Part shown: positions 12,044 through 20,661 of the stretch, in pieces
Layout of the letters: each line of letters begins with the position of its first letter
How positions within the stretch are numbered: position 1 is the first letter of the stretch
Assembly (NCBI GenBank): GCA_964537035.1
Contig: CAZIAK010000002.1
Coordinates: forward strand, 32,901 to 96,900
Origin: an uncultured Phycisphaerales bacterium
GTDB lineage: Bacteria; Planctomycetota; B15-G4
Direction of reading: 5' to 3'
Length of the DNA stretch: 64,000 bases
Translations under genes and position numbers: made by a program
Notes under the pieces: model-generated
Database searches by the model: none
What the model saw: the letters and a program-made list of their open reading frames with translations, nothing else
What the model was told of the DNA's origin: nothing

Positions 12044-13270
12044 TCAAGGGGCCGGTGCTTCGTCCTGAAGGTGCCGGCTGAGAATGGCCATGAACAGGCC
12101 CACATCGGTGACGATCGCGACCGTATGGGACGAGCCCCGATCGGAGAGCTTGGAGGCTACAGCGGGGTTGATGTCCACGCAAACCAGCTGGACCGCCGCC
12201 GGGAGCATGTTGCCCACGCCGATGCCGTGGAGCATGGTGCCCAGCACCACCACCAGCTGGGCCCCCACCAGCAGCTCGGCGTAACGGGCCTGAGCGGCGA
12301 TGAGGTCCATTTCGGTCTCGGGCAGGGGGCCGTCGTCCCGGATCGACCCCGCCAGGCAGAAGGGCACCTGGTGGGTCACGCAGGCGTGCATGACCCCGCG
12401 GTTCAGGGCGCCAGCAGCCACCGCGCCGGGCAGATCGCCGTGCTCGCGGACCAGATTGATGGCCCGCATGTGGTTCATGTGCCCGTGGAGTTCGGCCCGG
12501 CCCGTGCACTGGCTGATGCCGAGAGAGGTGCCCAGGACCGCGGCCTCCACGTCGTGAACCGCCAGGGCGTTGCCTGCCAGCAGGGCATCGACCCAACCGC
12601 GAGAGATGATCCCCGCCAGGGCCTCGGCCTGGCCGGTATGGATGATCACCGGGCCGCCCACCAGCACCACCCGCCCCCCGGCGGCCTTGGCCTCCCGCCA
12701 GAGCCCGGCCAGGAGCGCCGCCTGGTCGTCGACCCGCCGCTCGCTGGAGACCTCGCTGGACATGAACGAGAAGTCGGCGGCTTCTCGCCTGTGGGTGTCC
12801 GGGGTGACCGTCACGCCATGATTGCCCAGGACCACCCGCTGGCCCACGACCAGGTCGCGCAGCTTGACGCAACGGGCGCTGCTCGCACCGCCGGCCTCGC
12901 TGATCACGATGGTGGCGTCCATGCGCTGGTCGAGCACGTCGAGCACCTTGCCCTCGACGCGCACGGACGTGGCCAGGTTCGTCGACGAATAGAAGCCGTC
13001 AGGGGCCACCCCCTGGGCGCTGACCACAGCCAAGGTCACGCTGCTGTGGTCGGGCTGGCTGAAGCCCAAGGTGCCCAGGTTGTCGATGATCCCCGCCAGG
13101 TCGCGCTCATCGTCGGCCTGAACCTCGAGCAGAATCTCGCTCTCTTCGTCTTTGGTGCGACCGATGTCGAACGAGACGATGCGATAGCTGCCACCACCGC
13201 CGGTCACGGCGTCGAGAGCCACGCCCAGCAGATTGGCGTCGATCAGGTGTCCACGAGCTGAGAGCTGCAT
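12044..13270 (-). CDS. TIGR00300 / LOR-SDH-like conserved-domain protein (saccharopine-dehydrogenase-like). Archaeal and ArgZ-associated homologues act as ornithine cyclodeaminase.
   Basis: About 409 aa from MQLSARGHLIDANLLGVALDAVTGGGGSYRIVSFDIG. The length and N-terminus fit the TIGR00300 family. The 114 extra N-terminal codons in the listed ORF overlap the upstream gene and were discarded. Confidence 0.6.
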   Translation of the reverse strand: MQLSARGHLIDANLLGVALDAVTGGGGSYRIVSFDIGRTKDEESEILLEVQADDERDLAGIIDNLGTLGFSQPDHSSVTLAVVSAQGVAPDGFYSSTNLATSVRVEGKVLDVLDQRMDATIVISEAGGASSARCVKLRDLVVGQRVVLGNHGVTVTPDTHRREAADFSFMSSEVSSERRVDDQAALLAGLWREAKAAGGRVVLVGGPVIIHTGQAEALAGIISRGWVDALLAGNALAVHDVEAAVLGTSLGISQCTGRAELHGHMNHMRAINLVREHGDLPGAVAAGALNRGVMHACVTHQVPFCLAGSIRDDGPLPETEMDLIAAQARYAELLVGAQLVVVLGTMLHGIGVGNMLPAAVQLVCVDINPAVASKLSDRGSSHTVAIVTDVGLFMAILSRHLQDEAPAP

Positions 13271-13292
13271 GGCCGCAGGGTAGCACCTGGGC

Positions 13293-13940
13293 TCAGCTGT
13301 CTGGATCGCCCTCCGGGTCGCTCTCACCCTCGGCGCCCTGGCCAGCGCTGGCGCCGTCGTGATCGGCGCCGTGGCCAGCGCTGGCGCCCTCGAGATCGTC
13401 ATCGTTGTCTGCGTCGCCGAGGGCCGCTTCGTAGGCCTCCTCGCTGGCCGTCTCCACGTCAACTGCGTGGGGACACTCCTGATCACCGTGGGGGCTGCAC
13501 TCGGAGCCGGCTGGGCATCCTTCTTCACCAAAGGTGATCGACCAGCCGTGATGACCGTGGCCGCCGTGGCCATGGCCAGGCGCATCGAGATCCCACTCGT
13601 CGTGCTGGTCAAAGTGCGGCGCGCTCGGCGAACGGGGATGATAGAAGAGCGTGCCGATGCCCACGTCGAAGGGCAGCACCCCCACCGACGCGCCTACCAG
13701 GCCGACTTCCAGCCGCAGCAGGTACCACAGCTCGAAGTAGAAGATGGAGCCGGCGCTGTTGCCGTCGAGCACGTCAACCCGCAAGAACGAAGGATCGTCT
13801 GCGAAGCCAACGGTGGCGTAACCCTCGATCAGGGCGTCGCTGTCCACGCCCGTGCGGGCAGGGTCGACCCGCAGGTCGATCACCCGGCAGGCGGGCGAGA
13901 GCACGATCATCAGGACAGCGGCAGTGAACGTCAGCTTCAT
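13293..13940 (-). CDS. Lipoprotein/secreted protein with a His/Cys-rich probable metal-binding tail and an acidic low-complexity C-terminus
   Basis: Signal/lipobox-like MKLTFTAAVLMIVLSPAC preceded by a GAGGAG Shine-Dalgarno. HGHGGHGHHG, CPAGSECSPHGDQECPH, then a D/E/G-rich tail. Confidence 0.6.
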   Translation of the reverse strand: MKLTFTAAVLMIVLSPACRVIDLRVDPARTGVDSDALIEGYATVGFADDPSFLRVDVLDGNSAGSIFYFELWYLLRLEVGLVGASVGVLPFDVGIGTLFYHPRSPSAPHFDQHDEWDLDAPGHGHGGHGHHGWSITFGEEGCPAGSECSPHGDQECPHAVDVETASEEAYEAALGDADNDDDLEGASAGHGADHDGASAGQGAEGESDPEGDPDS

Positions 13941-14072
13941 CAAGGTCTCTCCTCGGGACAATCTCTGGGTCTGGTGGGCCCGACCAGCGGGTGACGGCGA
14001 GGCCACGAGCGTAGCCGGATCGGCGCTGCGATCGACGGCCCAGGGGCAGGGACGCCGAAACGACACGGCGGC

Positions 14073-15344
14073 TCAGAAACAGAATCGCCGGGCGGCGGCT
14101 TCGCGCAGCTCATCGCGAAAATCGGGGTGGGCGATCGATGTGAGCCTCTCCGCACGATCACGGAGGTTGCGGCCACGGAGATTCACCGCCCCGTACTCGG
14201 TGACCACCCATTGCACGTGTCCCCTGGTGGTCACCACGCCGGCGCCCCCGGCGAGGTGGGGCACGATGCGGGTGACGGTCCCCCGGCGCGCTGTGGACGG
14301 CAGGGCCATGATCGACTTGCCCCCGGGGGAGCGAGAAGCGCCCTGAACGAAGTCCATCTGGCCGCCGATGCCGCTGAAGATCTTCTCGCCCATGGAGTCC
14401 GCGCAAATCTGCCCGGTGAGGTCGATCTGGATGGCCGAGTTGATCGCCGTCATCAGGTGCTGCTTGCCGATCTCGTTGAGGTCATTGACGATCCGCGACG
14501 AGTGAAATTCGACGATGGGGTTGTTGTCCACGAACTCGTAGAGCCGCTCGCTGCCCATGGCGAAGGAGGTCACGGCCCGGCGCTTGAAGCGGCTCTTCTG
14601 CCGGTTGGTGACCACGCCCTTCTCCAGCAGATCGACCAGCCCGTCGCTGAACATCTCGGTGTGCACGCCCAGATCGTTGTGCTGCTCGAGAGCCTCCAGC
14701 ACAGCATCGGGGATCTTGCCGATGCCCATCTGCAACGTGGCCCCGTCAGGCACCAGCTCGGCCACATGCTTTGCGATCGACCGCTCGGTGTCGCCATAGG
14801 GCTGGGGTGCGCTGCTGGGCAGGGGGCGATCGACCTGCACCGCAAGGTGGATGCGGCTGGAGTGGATCGCCGTGTCGCCGCAGGTCACCGGGATCTGCGG
14901 GTTCAACTCGGCCACCACCAGCGCCGCGTTCTCCACCGCCGCCCGGGCGCAGGCCACGCTGAGCCCCAAGCGGCAGAAGCCGTGGGCGTCGGGGGGCGAG
15001 ACCTGCACGAAGGCCACGTCGATGGGCATGGTGCCGTCGCGAAACAGCTCGGGCACCTCGGACAGGAACACCGGGGTGAAGTCCGCCCGACCATCCGCCA
15101 CGGCCTCGCGCACGTTCGGCCCCACGAACAGGGCGTTGTGCCGCAGATGGCCAGCGCATTCAGGGGCAATGTGGGGGGCGTTGCCCTCGGTGTGCAGGTG
15201 CACGATCTCCACGTCTTGCAGCTGGTGTGCCCGGCGGGTCAGGGCCTCGACCAGCGACTGAGGCACCATGGAGACTTCGTGAAGGTAGACCCGGTTGCCG
15301 CTCTTGACGGCGGCCACCGCCTGGTCAGCGTCGACGATTTTCAT
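14073..15344 (-). CDS. Acetyl-CoA hydrolase/transferase family protein (4-hydroxybutyrate CoA-transferase-like)
   Basis: MKIVDADQAVAAVKSGNRVYL N-terminus and the GIGxxPDAV and GSGGQMDF-like motifs (GIGKIPDAV, SGIGGQMDF). Confidence 0.85.
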   Translation of the reverse strand: MKIVDADQAVAAVKSGNRVYLHEVSMVPQSLVEALTRRAHQLQDVEIVHLHTEGNAPHIAPECAGHLRHNALFVGPNVREAVADGRADFTPVFLSEVPELFRDGTMPIDVAFVQVSPPDAHGFCRLGLSVACARAAVENAALVVAELNPQIPVTCGDTAIHSSRIHLAVQVDRPLPSSAPQPYGDTERSIAKHVAELVPDGATLQMGIGKIPDAVLEALEQHNDLGVHTEMFSDGLVDLLEKGVVTNRQKSRFKRRAVTSFAMGSERLYEFVDNNPIVEFHSSRIVNDLNEIGKQHLMTAINSAIQIDLTGQICADSMGEKIFSGIGGQMDFVQGASRSPGGKSIMALPSTARRGTVTRIVPHLAGGAGVVTTRGHVQWVVTEYGAVNLRGRNLRDRAERLTSIAHPDFRDELREAAARRFCF

Positions 15345-15389
15345 CCGGGAGAGAATCGTCGATTGGCGAGGGCTGGGCAAGGGCGCCGA

Positions 15390-16019
15390 TCAACCTGCGC
15401 TGGGTCGTCGCCAAACGTAGACGCGGTGGCTCTCGGTGCTGTCGAGCTCGCTCACCTGCCAGCCTGCGCCATCGGCCAGGTCGAGGCCCCGTTGATGCTC
15501 ACGGAGGATGGGCATCTGAACACTGTCGAAGGGCCATTCGGCAAGGAGCCACTCCCCCAACGCCTCGAGCAGGTGGAGGTCGAGCCCTTCGTCCACACCT
15601 GCGTCCACGGTCCAGTAGGCGAGAGCTGCCCATGACTCGCCCATGGGCGCTCCCTTCACCGGCTCAAGGTAGACACAACCGACGCAAGCCGACCTGTCAG
15701 GGGACAGGACCGTGTAGGCGTAGGCTTCCCGGGCGACGAACTCACCCCAGTGCCGGGCCAGGTCGGTGGTGTTCTCCTCCACCGTGAAGTCCTCTCGGGG
15801 CCAGTCGCCCCAGCGAAGGGTGCGTTGTAGTGACTCCCGGCTGCCCATGAGCGCTGCGAAGTCGAGGGGCGCGTGGCGAGTCGCCAGGGGCTCCAGGTGC
15901 AAGCGCGGCGTGTCGAAGCCAGGCGGTGGATCGAAGGTCGACGACCAGGGTTGTTCGGGACTCATGGCGCAGCCCAAGAAGAGAGACAAGACGAGGAGGA
16001 CGGCGGCTGGGAGTCTCAT
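15390..16019 (-). CDS. Lipoprotein, possibly with a GNAT-like acyltransferase fold (function uncertain)
   Basis: Signal/lipobox MRLPAAVLLVLSLFLGC. The remainder only weakly resembles GNAT. The upstream 121 codons of the listed ORF were judged non-coding. Confidence 0.45.
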   Translation of the reverse strand: MRLPAAVLLVLSLFLGCAMSPEQPWSSTFDPPPGFDTPRLHLEPLATRHAPLDFAALMGSRESLQRTLRWGDWPREDFTVEENTTDLARHWGEFVAREAYAYTVLSPDRSACVGCVYLEPVKGAPMGESWAALAYWTVDAGVDEGLDLHLLEALGEWLLAEWPFDSVQMPILREHQRGLDLADGAGWQVSELDSTESHRVYVWRRPSAG

Positions 16020-16312
16020 CGAGGCTTCCGGATCCGGGGTGAGGACAGGTCTGGAGAACTGTACAGATCTGGCGGGATCGGCAGAGCCAGCGCCTCCAAA
16101 CTGCTCGCCGCTGGCCAGCTGATTCGGGCCATGATCGCTGGCGAAGCAGACACGCTCCCAACGCTCGAGTTCTTGACCGACACGGTCGAGCCGTTCCCGG
16201 AGGAGGCCGAGCAGGAACTCGCAGCCCTCTCCGGCTGCAAGAACGTGCTGACTCGATCGGGCACGTTTCGAGTCATGGCGACGACAGCTCTGGATCCTCT
16301 CTTCACGGGGAT

Positions 16313-17521
16313 ATGCTGGGCCGCATGGAGCCTCCTGCCACAACCCACGCCGCCAACGACCCGGAACCTCTGGCGCCTGCAACGGCCCCGCCGCGCCAGC
16401 CGAACAAGCGCTTGCGCCTGGCCGTCCTGGTGCTGGCGCTGCTCGCCGGGCCGCTCCTGGCCGAGGGACTGCTGCGCTTCATGATCTTCTCGTCGAGCCA
16501 GCCGGGAGACACCGTGCGCGACCCACGGCTCTATGCAGGCCCGGCCCACGACGACGATTTCTACAAGCTGCAGTACCTGCTGGCGCCGCCCGAGAGACGT
16601 CGTCCGCCCCCGGGGTACGACCCGGTCATGGGCTGGGTTGGCCATGCCATCGAGCCCGGCACCTACGCTCACCGAGACGCCGAGACGATCGCAGCCCGTC
16701 GACCCGTGCTGCTCTACGGCGCCTCGTACGCCCAGTGTGCCTCGGGATTGGTTCAGTCCGCCTGTTTCCAGCACGTCATGGCGGGCTCCGACCTCGCCGA
16801 CGACTACGCCATGCTCAACTACGGCGTGGGCAATGCGGGCCTGGATCAAGCCTACCTGATGCTCAAGCACACGCTCGATGACCACGCTGGGCAGAAGCCC
16901 GTGGTGGTCATCGGGCTCGTGCTGGAGACAGACTTCGACCGTTGCATGCTCACCTTTCGGGGATGGGCCAAGCCCCACTTCACCGTCACAGAGACCGGAG
17001 AGCTGACCCTGGATGGTCCGGTGATTGAAGGCACGGACGCCTTTCTCGCCGCCCATCCCCTGAGTCTTCGCAGCTACCTCTGGCGGCTCCTGCTCAACAG
17101 TCCCGGGTGGCTGCCCGGCGGGCTGAAGAAGATGCTGACGGGCTACGAGCAAACGGTGGCCACCGAGAAGGCGCTGGTCACCAGCCTCGTCGTGGCCATG
17201 CAAGACGAGCTGGCCAGCCGCGGACTCGACGCCTTCTTCGTGCTCTTCTGTCGCAAGGAGGCGGTCAGGCTCGAGAACCCCACCGTCTCATGGCAGCACG
17301 ACTTTGTGCCCGCCCTGCTCGACGAGTACGACTTCCCCTACGTGCTGGCTGCGCCCCTGCTGACCCGAGAAGGTCAGCGCCAAGACCGCGACCCTGTGGA
17401 GTTCTTCTTCGCCAGTGGGCCGGACAAGAACCACCCCACCGCTGAAGGCAACGTGCTGCTGTTCGAGCTCATCCGCAAGGGGCTGAACGGCGTCTTTGAC
17501 GGCGGCACAGCCGACGGCTGA
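16313..17521 (+). CDS. Membrane-anchored SGNH/GDSL-like hydrolase or acyltransferase (AlgJ/PatB/DltD-like)
   Basis: N-terminal signal-anchor LRLAVLVLALLAGPLLAEGLL. Block-I-like LLYGASYAQ and block-V DKNHPTAEGN (D-x-x-H). The overlapping minus ORF 16016..17203 is R/H/Q-rich antisense. Confidence 0.55.
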   Translation: MLGRMEPPATTHAANDPEPLAPATAPPRQPNKRLRLAVLVLALLAGPLLAEGLLRFMIFSSSQPGDTVRDPRLYAGPAHDDDFYKLQYLLAPPERRRPPPGYDPVMGWVGHAIEPGTYAHRDAETIAARRPVLLYGASYAQCASGLVQSACFQHVMAGSDLADDYAMLNYGVGNAGLDQAYLMLKHTLDDHAGQKPVVVIGLVLETDFDRCMLTFRGWAKPHFTVTETGELTLDGPVIEGTDAFLAAHPLSLRSYLWRLLLNSPGWLPGGLKKMLTGYEQTVATEKALVTSLVVAMQDELASRGLDAFFVLFCRKEAVRLENPTVSWQHDFVPALLDEYDFPYVLAAPLLTREGQRQDRDPVEFFFASGPDKNHPTAEGNVLLFELIRKGLNGVFDGGTADG

Positions 17522-17536
17522 CCGGGCCATCTGCCG

Positions 17537-19630
17537 CTACTGCGGTGGGTCGACCTTGATCGACAGGGTGAGCTCGGCGTCGGGAAAGCCCGCGTACTCG
17601 GCGACAACTGTGTGTTCCATGCGGCGCTTCGACCGCGACGGAGTGCCTTCGAGACGCCCGGTCTGCTGGTCGAACGACAGCCCGGGCGGCAAGGCCGGAG
17701 CCATGCGCAGACTCAGTGGCGCCGGTCCGTAGAACTGCGGGATCCGTGGTGTCATCTGCTCACCGACCTTCAGCTTGAGCAGCTGCTCGGCATAGCGAAC
17801 GAACGGCTCGCGCACCTTCAGCAAGACCAGCCCCTGCTCCTGGGTGCCGTCCGCCATGGTCGCGGTGATGTTGTAGTCGCGCCCCCGAGCGGGTTCGCTG
17901 GGCGTGCCCTCAATCAGACCGGTCGAAGGGTTCAGGGTCAGCCCGTCCGGCAACGGGGGCCTCACCTCGAAGGAGTGCACCCGGCGAGGATCCACCAGGG
18001 CGCGGTTCGGCGCGATGGCCTGACCGACGATGTACAAGGCTGTGGGCGTCTCGTAGTGAAACGACCAGGGCGCCGGCTCGGTGCCAGCCTCGTCACTGCC
18101 CTGGGAGTCGGACAGGTCGACGTAGCCCAAGGTTCGCAGATGCCGCTGCAGGTCGGGGGTCGAGTTCACGTCGACTGTCTCCACACCCAAGATCTCGTTG
18201 TGCAGCACGAGCGACGTCTTGCGCATGTCACGGATCAAGCGCTCCATGGCACCCCGCTGTGCAACGAAGCGCGGATCATCGATCAGATTCTGACGTTCGC
18301 CGGGGTCGTTCACGATGTCGTAGAGCTGAGCTCGCAGCACAGAGCCACTCATGTACTTGAGCCCCCGGTAGCGCACGCCCTCTCCACCTAGAAAGGCCGG
18401 TGCGATCGGCGGGCTGCCCACGGCGCCGGACAGCCACGGCAGCCAGTTCGCTCCCTGCGAGTGCGCCGGCTCGGGCAGCTCTGCGAGAGCCAGCAACGTG
18501 GGACGAAGATCGACCAGGCTGAACTGCCAGGGCACCTCTCGGGGCGGGCCCAGCGGGTGTCTCCGATCGCTGGGCGGTGTGATGATCAAGGGCACGCGCA
18601 TGACCTCGTCGAAGAACGTGCCGTGGAGCATGCGCCCGTGCTCCATGAACTCCTCACCATGGTCAGACAGCAGCACCGTGTAGGCGTCGTCCACTTCGTC
18701 GGCATGACGCCCCAAGAAGCTGCCCAGCTCGGCATCGAGCCCTGACAGCCCCTCGTCGTACTGCCCGCGCAGGTAGGCGATGTCGTCGTCCCCCACCGAG
18801 ACCTTTCCTTCGCCGATCGAATGGAGCAGAAGGCTGCCGCCCAGTTCGCCCTCGCCCCGATCGCGCAGGGGGCCCTCATAGCCACTGGTGAACCGCCCAC
18901 GAAGACCGTCAGGGGCATCATAGGGGCGGGAAAACTCGTCCGAGTGCACATCGAACAAGTGCAAGAAGAGAAGGAAGGGCCGACCTCGGTCACGGTGCTC
19001 AAGAAACTCGGAGGCTTCAGCCAGCACCTCTCTGGCTGGCCGGTAGCCCGTCACGAACTGCTCAAAACCGTGAGACATGCCAAACCGTTCATTGAGCCAG
19101 TCGCCATGCGCGACGAACCCCGCCGTCTCGTACCCCGCTGCAAGAAAGTCCTCGGCCAACGTGGTCGAGCCCTCGGGCAGGGCCTTGCCGCCGTTGCCCG
19201 GGTCCACTCCATGGGCCATGGGGAACAGGCCCGTGAACAGGGAGGCATGGGCGATGAGCGTGTTGGGCGCGACGGTCACCGCCTCTTCAAACACGACGCC
19301 CTGCGCCGCCAGCTCATCGATGAACGGGGTCGTCTGCCGCTCGTAGCCATAGAGGCTCATCTGATCGGGACGGGTCGTGTCGATGGAGATCACCAGGAAC
19401 GACGGCGGTGGGGTCGGTCCGCAGCCGAACGAGAGCCCCAGACAGAGCCACCAGAGGCAGCACCGTGCGCCGCAGAGCCCCCCGCTGTCAGTCCTGCGCG
19501 GTCTTGAGCGAGGGAAGATCAAAGCAGACCCAACGATGGTTCGGTGTGTGAAAGGGAGAGTGCTCTGGTACCCCGACCGGGCATTCCCACTCAGCCCAGC
19601 AAGAGCGCAGCTCTGAACCCATGTGACCAA
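17537..19630 (-). CDS. Sulfatase-fold (alkaline-phosphatase superfamily) exported enzyme with Thr in place of the formylglycine Cys. It has two C-terminal He_PIG-type Ig-like repeats.
   Basis: Metal-site motif LVISIDTTRPDQMSLYGY. At the C-x-P-x-R position the sequence reads TLIAHASLFTGLFP (T..H). The C-terminal repeats are PLPDGLTLNPSTGLIEGTPSE and LPPGLSFDQQTGRLEGTPSR. The listed start is TTG. An in-frame TTG at about 19522 would give a canonical signal peptide (IFPRSRPRRTDSGGLCGARCCLWWLCLGLSFGC). Confidence 0.8.
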   Translation of the reverse strand: MVTWVQSCALAGLSGNARSGYQSTLPFTHRTIVGSALIFPRSRPRRTDSGGLCGARCCLWWLCLGLSFGCGPTPPPSFLVISIDTTRPDQMSLYGYERQTTPFIDELAAQGVVFEEAVTVAPNTLIAHASLFTGLFPMAHGVDPGNGGKALPEGSTTLAEDFLAAGYETAGFVAHGDWLNERFGMSHGFEQFVTGYRPAREVLAEASEFLEHRDRGRPFLLFLHLFDVHSDEFSRPYDAPDGLRGRFTSGYEGPLRDRGEGELGGSLLLHSIGEGKVSVGDDDIAYLRGQYDEGLSGLDAELGSFLGRHADEVDDAYTVLLSDHGEEFMEHGRMLHGTFFDEVMRVPLIITPPSDRRHPLGPPREVPWQFSLVDLRPTLLALAELPEPAHSQGANWLPWLSGAVGSPPIAPAFLGGEGVRYRGLKYMSGSVLRAQLYDIVNDPGERQNLIDDPRFVAQRGAMERLIRDMRKTSLVLHNEILGVETVDVNSTPDLQRHLRTLGYVDLSDSQGSDEAGTEPAPWSFHYETPTALYIVGQAIAPNRALVDPRRVHSFEVRPPLPDGLTLNPSTGLIEGTPSEPARGRDYNITATMADGTQEQGLVLLKVREPFVRYAEQLLKLKVGEQMTPRIPQFYGPAPLSLRMAPALPPGLSFDQQTGRLEGTPSRSKRRMEHTVVAEYAGFPDAELTLSIKVDPPQ

Positions 19631-19845
19631 GTCTGATCGGGGGTGGTCAGGGACTGTAGCACCTCAGCCGCGGCGCCCCTGCCCCGACGGCTCACCTCCC
19701 TGGCGACCTCCCAACAATCCCCGGACCACCAGACGATTACCGATTGTCGCCCTGGGGAGTCTGCACTACGGTAGGGACTCGCACGGAACGGGGACGTCCC
19801 ACCGCTCTCAAGCGATCTCCATACGCCCCCACGGCAAGACTGCCC

Positions 19846-20655
19846 ATGCTCAGCCCCGCTGATCTCATGCTCCGTTGGCGCAGTCGTACCGTGTGGACTG
19901 ACCCGGTGCGCAAGGTACTCACCCTCGAGAGCTTCTCGCGCACAGAGGCCGACGGCGGCAGGGACATCGGCTCGGCGGCCACCCGAGTGAGCGACACCGA
20001 GCTGCGCGCGCACCTGGTGCGTCACACGGCGGACGAGCTGCGCCACGCCGACCTGTTCATGACCCGGGCGCAGGAGCTGCGAGCGACCACTGACATGCCC
20101 CCCGAAGCGGACGCCGAGGCCAGCGGCGATTCGTACGATCTCAGCCGAGGCCGCCCCTCCAGCGAGGTCGACGCCCACGGCTTCTTCACCTCGGGCCTGC
20201 TCGACGAGATGGGCGAGGTGGCCTACGTGGCCATGCTCCACGGAGCCGAGGTCCGCGCGGCCTCGCTCTTCGCCGCTCACCGCGACCTGACCAGGGATGA
20301 CCCGGAGACCTGCGCCGTCTTCGAGCAGATCTTGCGGGACGAGCAGTACCACGTGGCCTACACCAAGGCCGTGCTCGACCGCTGGGCCGAAGAGGGCCGC
20401 GGCCGCGAGGTGGCCGAGGCCCGTTCCGCTGCACGAGGCGGCCGCTTCTGGAGCGGCTGGAAACGAGCCGGCATTCGCTCTGGTGCGTCGTTCAGCAAGT
20501 TCGTCCTGCGCATCATGTACTTCACGATCTTGTTGCCCTTCGGCCTGGCCAACAAGGGCTCAAGGTCAGCCACAGGGTGGAGTGCGGCCGCAGACCAGGC
20601 GCCTCCGCAGAGGGCCGCCGGTTCCGGGGCGACTCCCTTCTCGTCACAGTACTGA
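19846..20655 (+). CDS. Ferritin-like (diiron-carboxylate) domain protein with a C-terminal transmembrane segment
   Basis: Two E-x-x-H motifs (TADELRHADLF and LRDEQYHVAYT) and the C-terminal hydrophobic FVLRIMYFTILLPFGLA. The start was set at MLSPADLMLRW. The stop lies 6 nt before the next gene. Confidence 0.65.
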   Translation: MLSPADLMLRWRSRTVWTDPVRKVLTLESFSRTEADGGRDIGSAATRVSDTELRAHLVRHTADELRHADLFMTRAQELRATTDMPPEADAEASGDSYDLSRGRPSSEVDAHGFFTSGLLDEMGEVAYVAMLHGAEVRAASLFAAHRDLTRDDPETCAVFEQILRDEQYHVAYTKAVLDRWAEEGRGREVAEARSAARGGRFWSGWKRAGIRSGASFSKFVLRIMYFTILLPFGLANKGSRSATGWSAAADQAPPQRAAGSGATPFSSQY

Positions 20656-20661
20656 GCGACC

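Noticed and set aside
12017-13261. 414-aa plus-strand ORF opposite the TIGR00300 gene
   Set aside because: Antisense shadow ORF. The real gene on the minus strand carries recognisable family features.
16016-17203. 395-aa minus-strand ORF opposite the SGNH-like gene
   Set aside because: The plus-strand product has a signal anchor and SGNH blocks. The minus product is H/R/G-rich and featureless.
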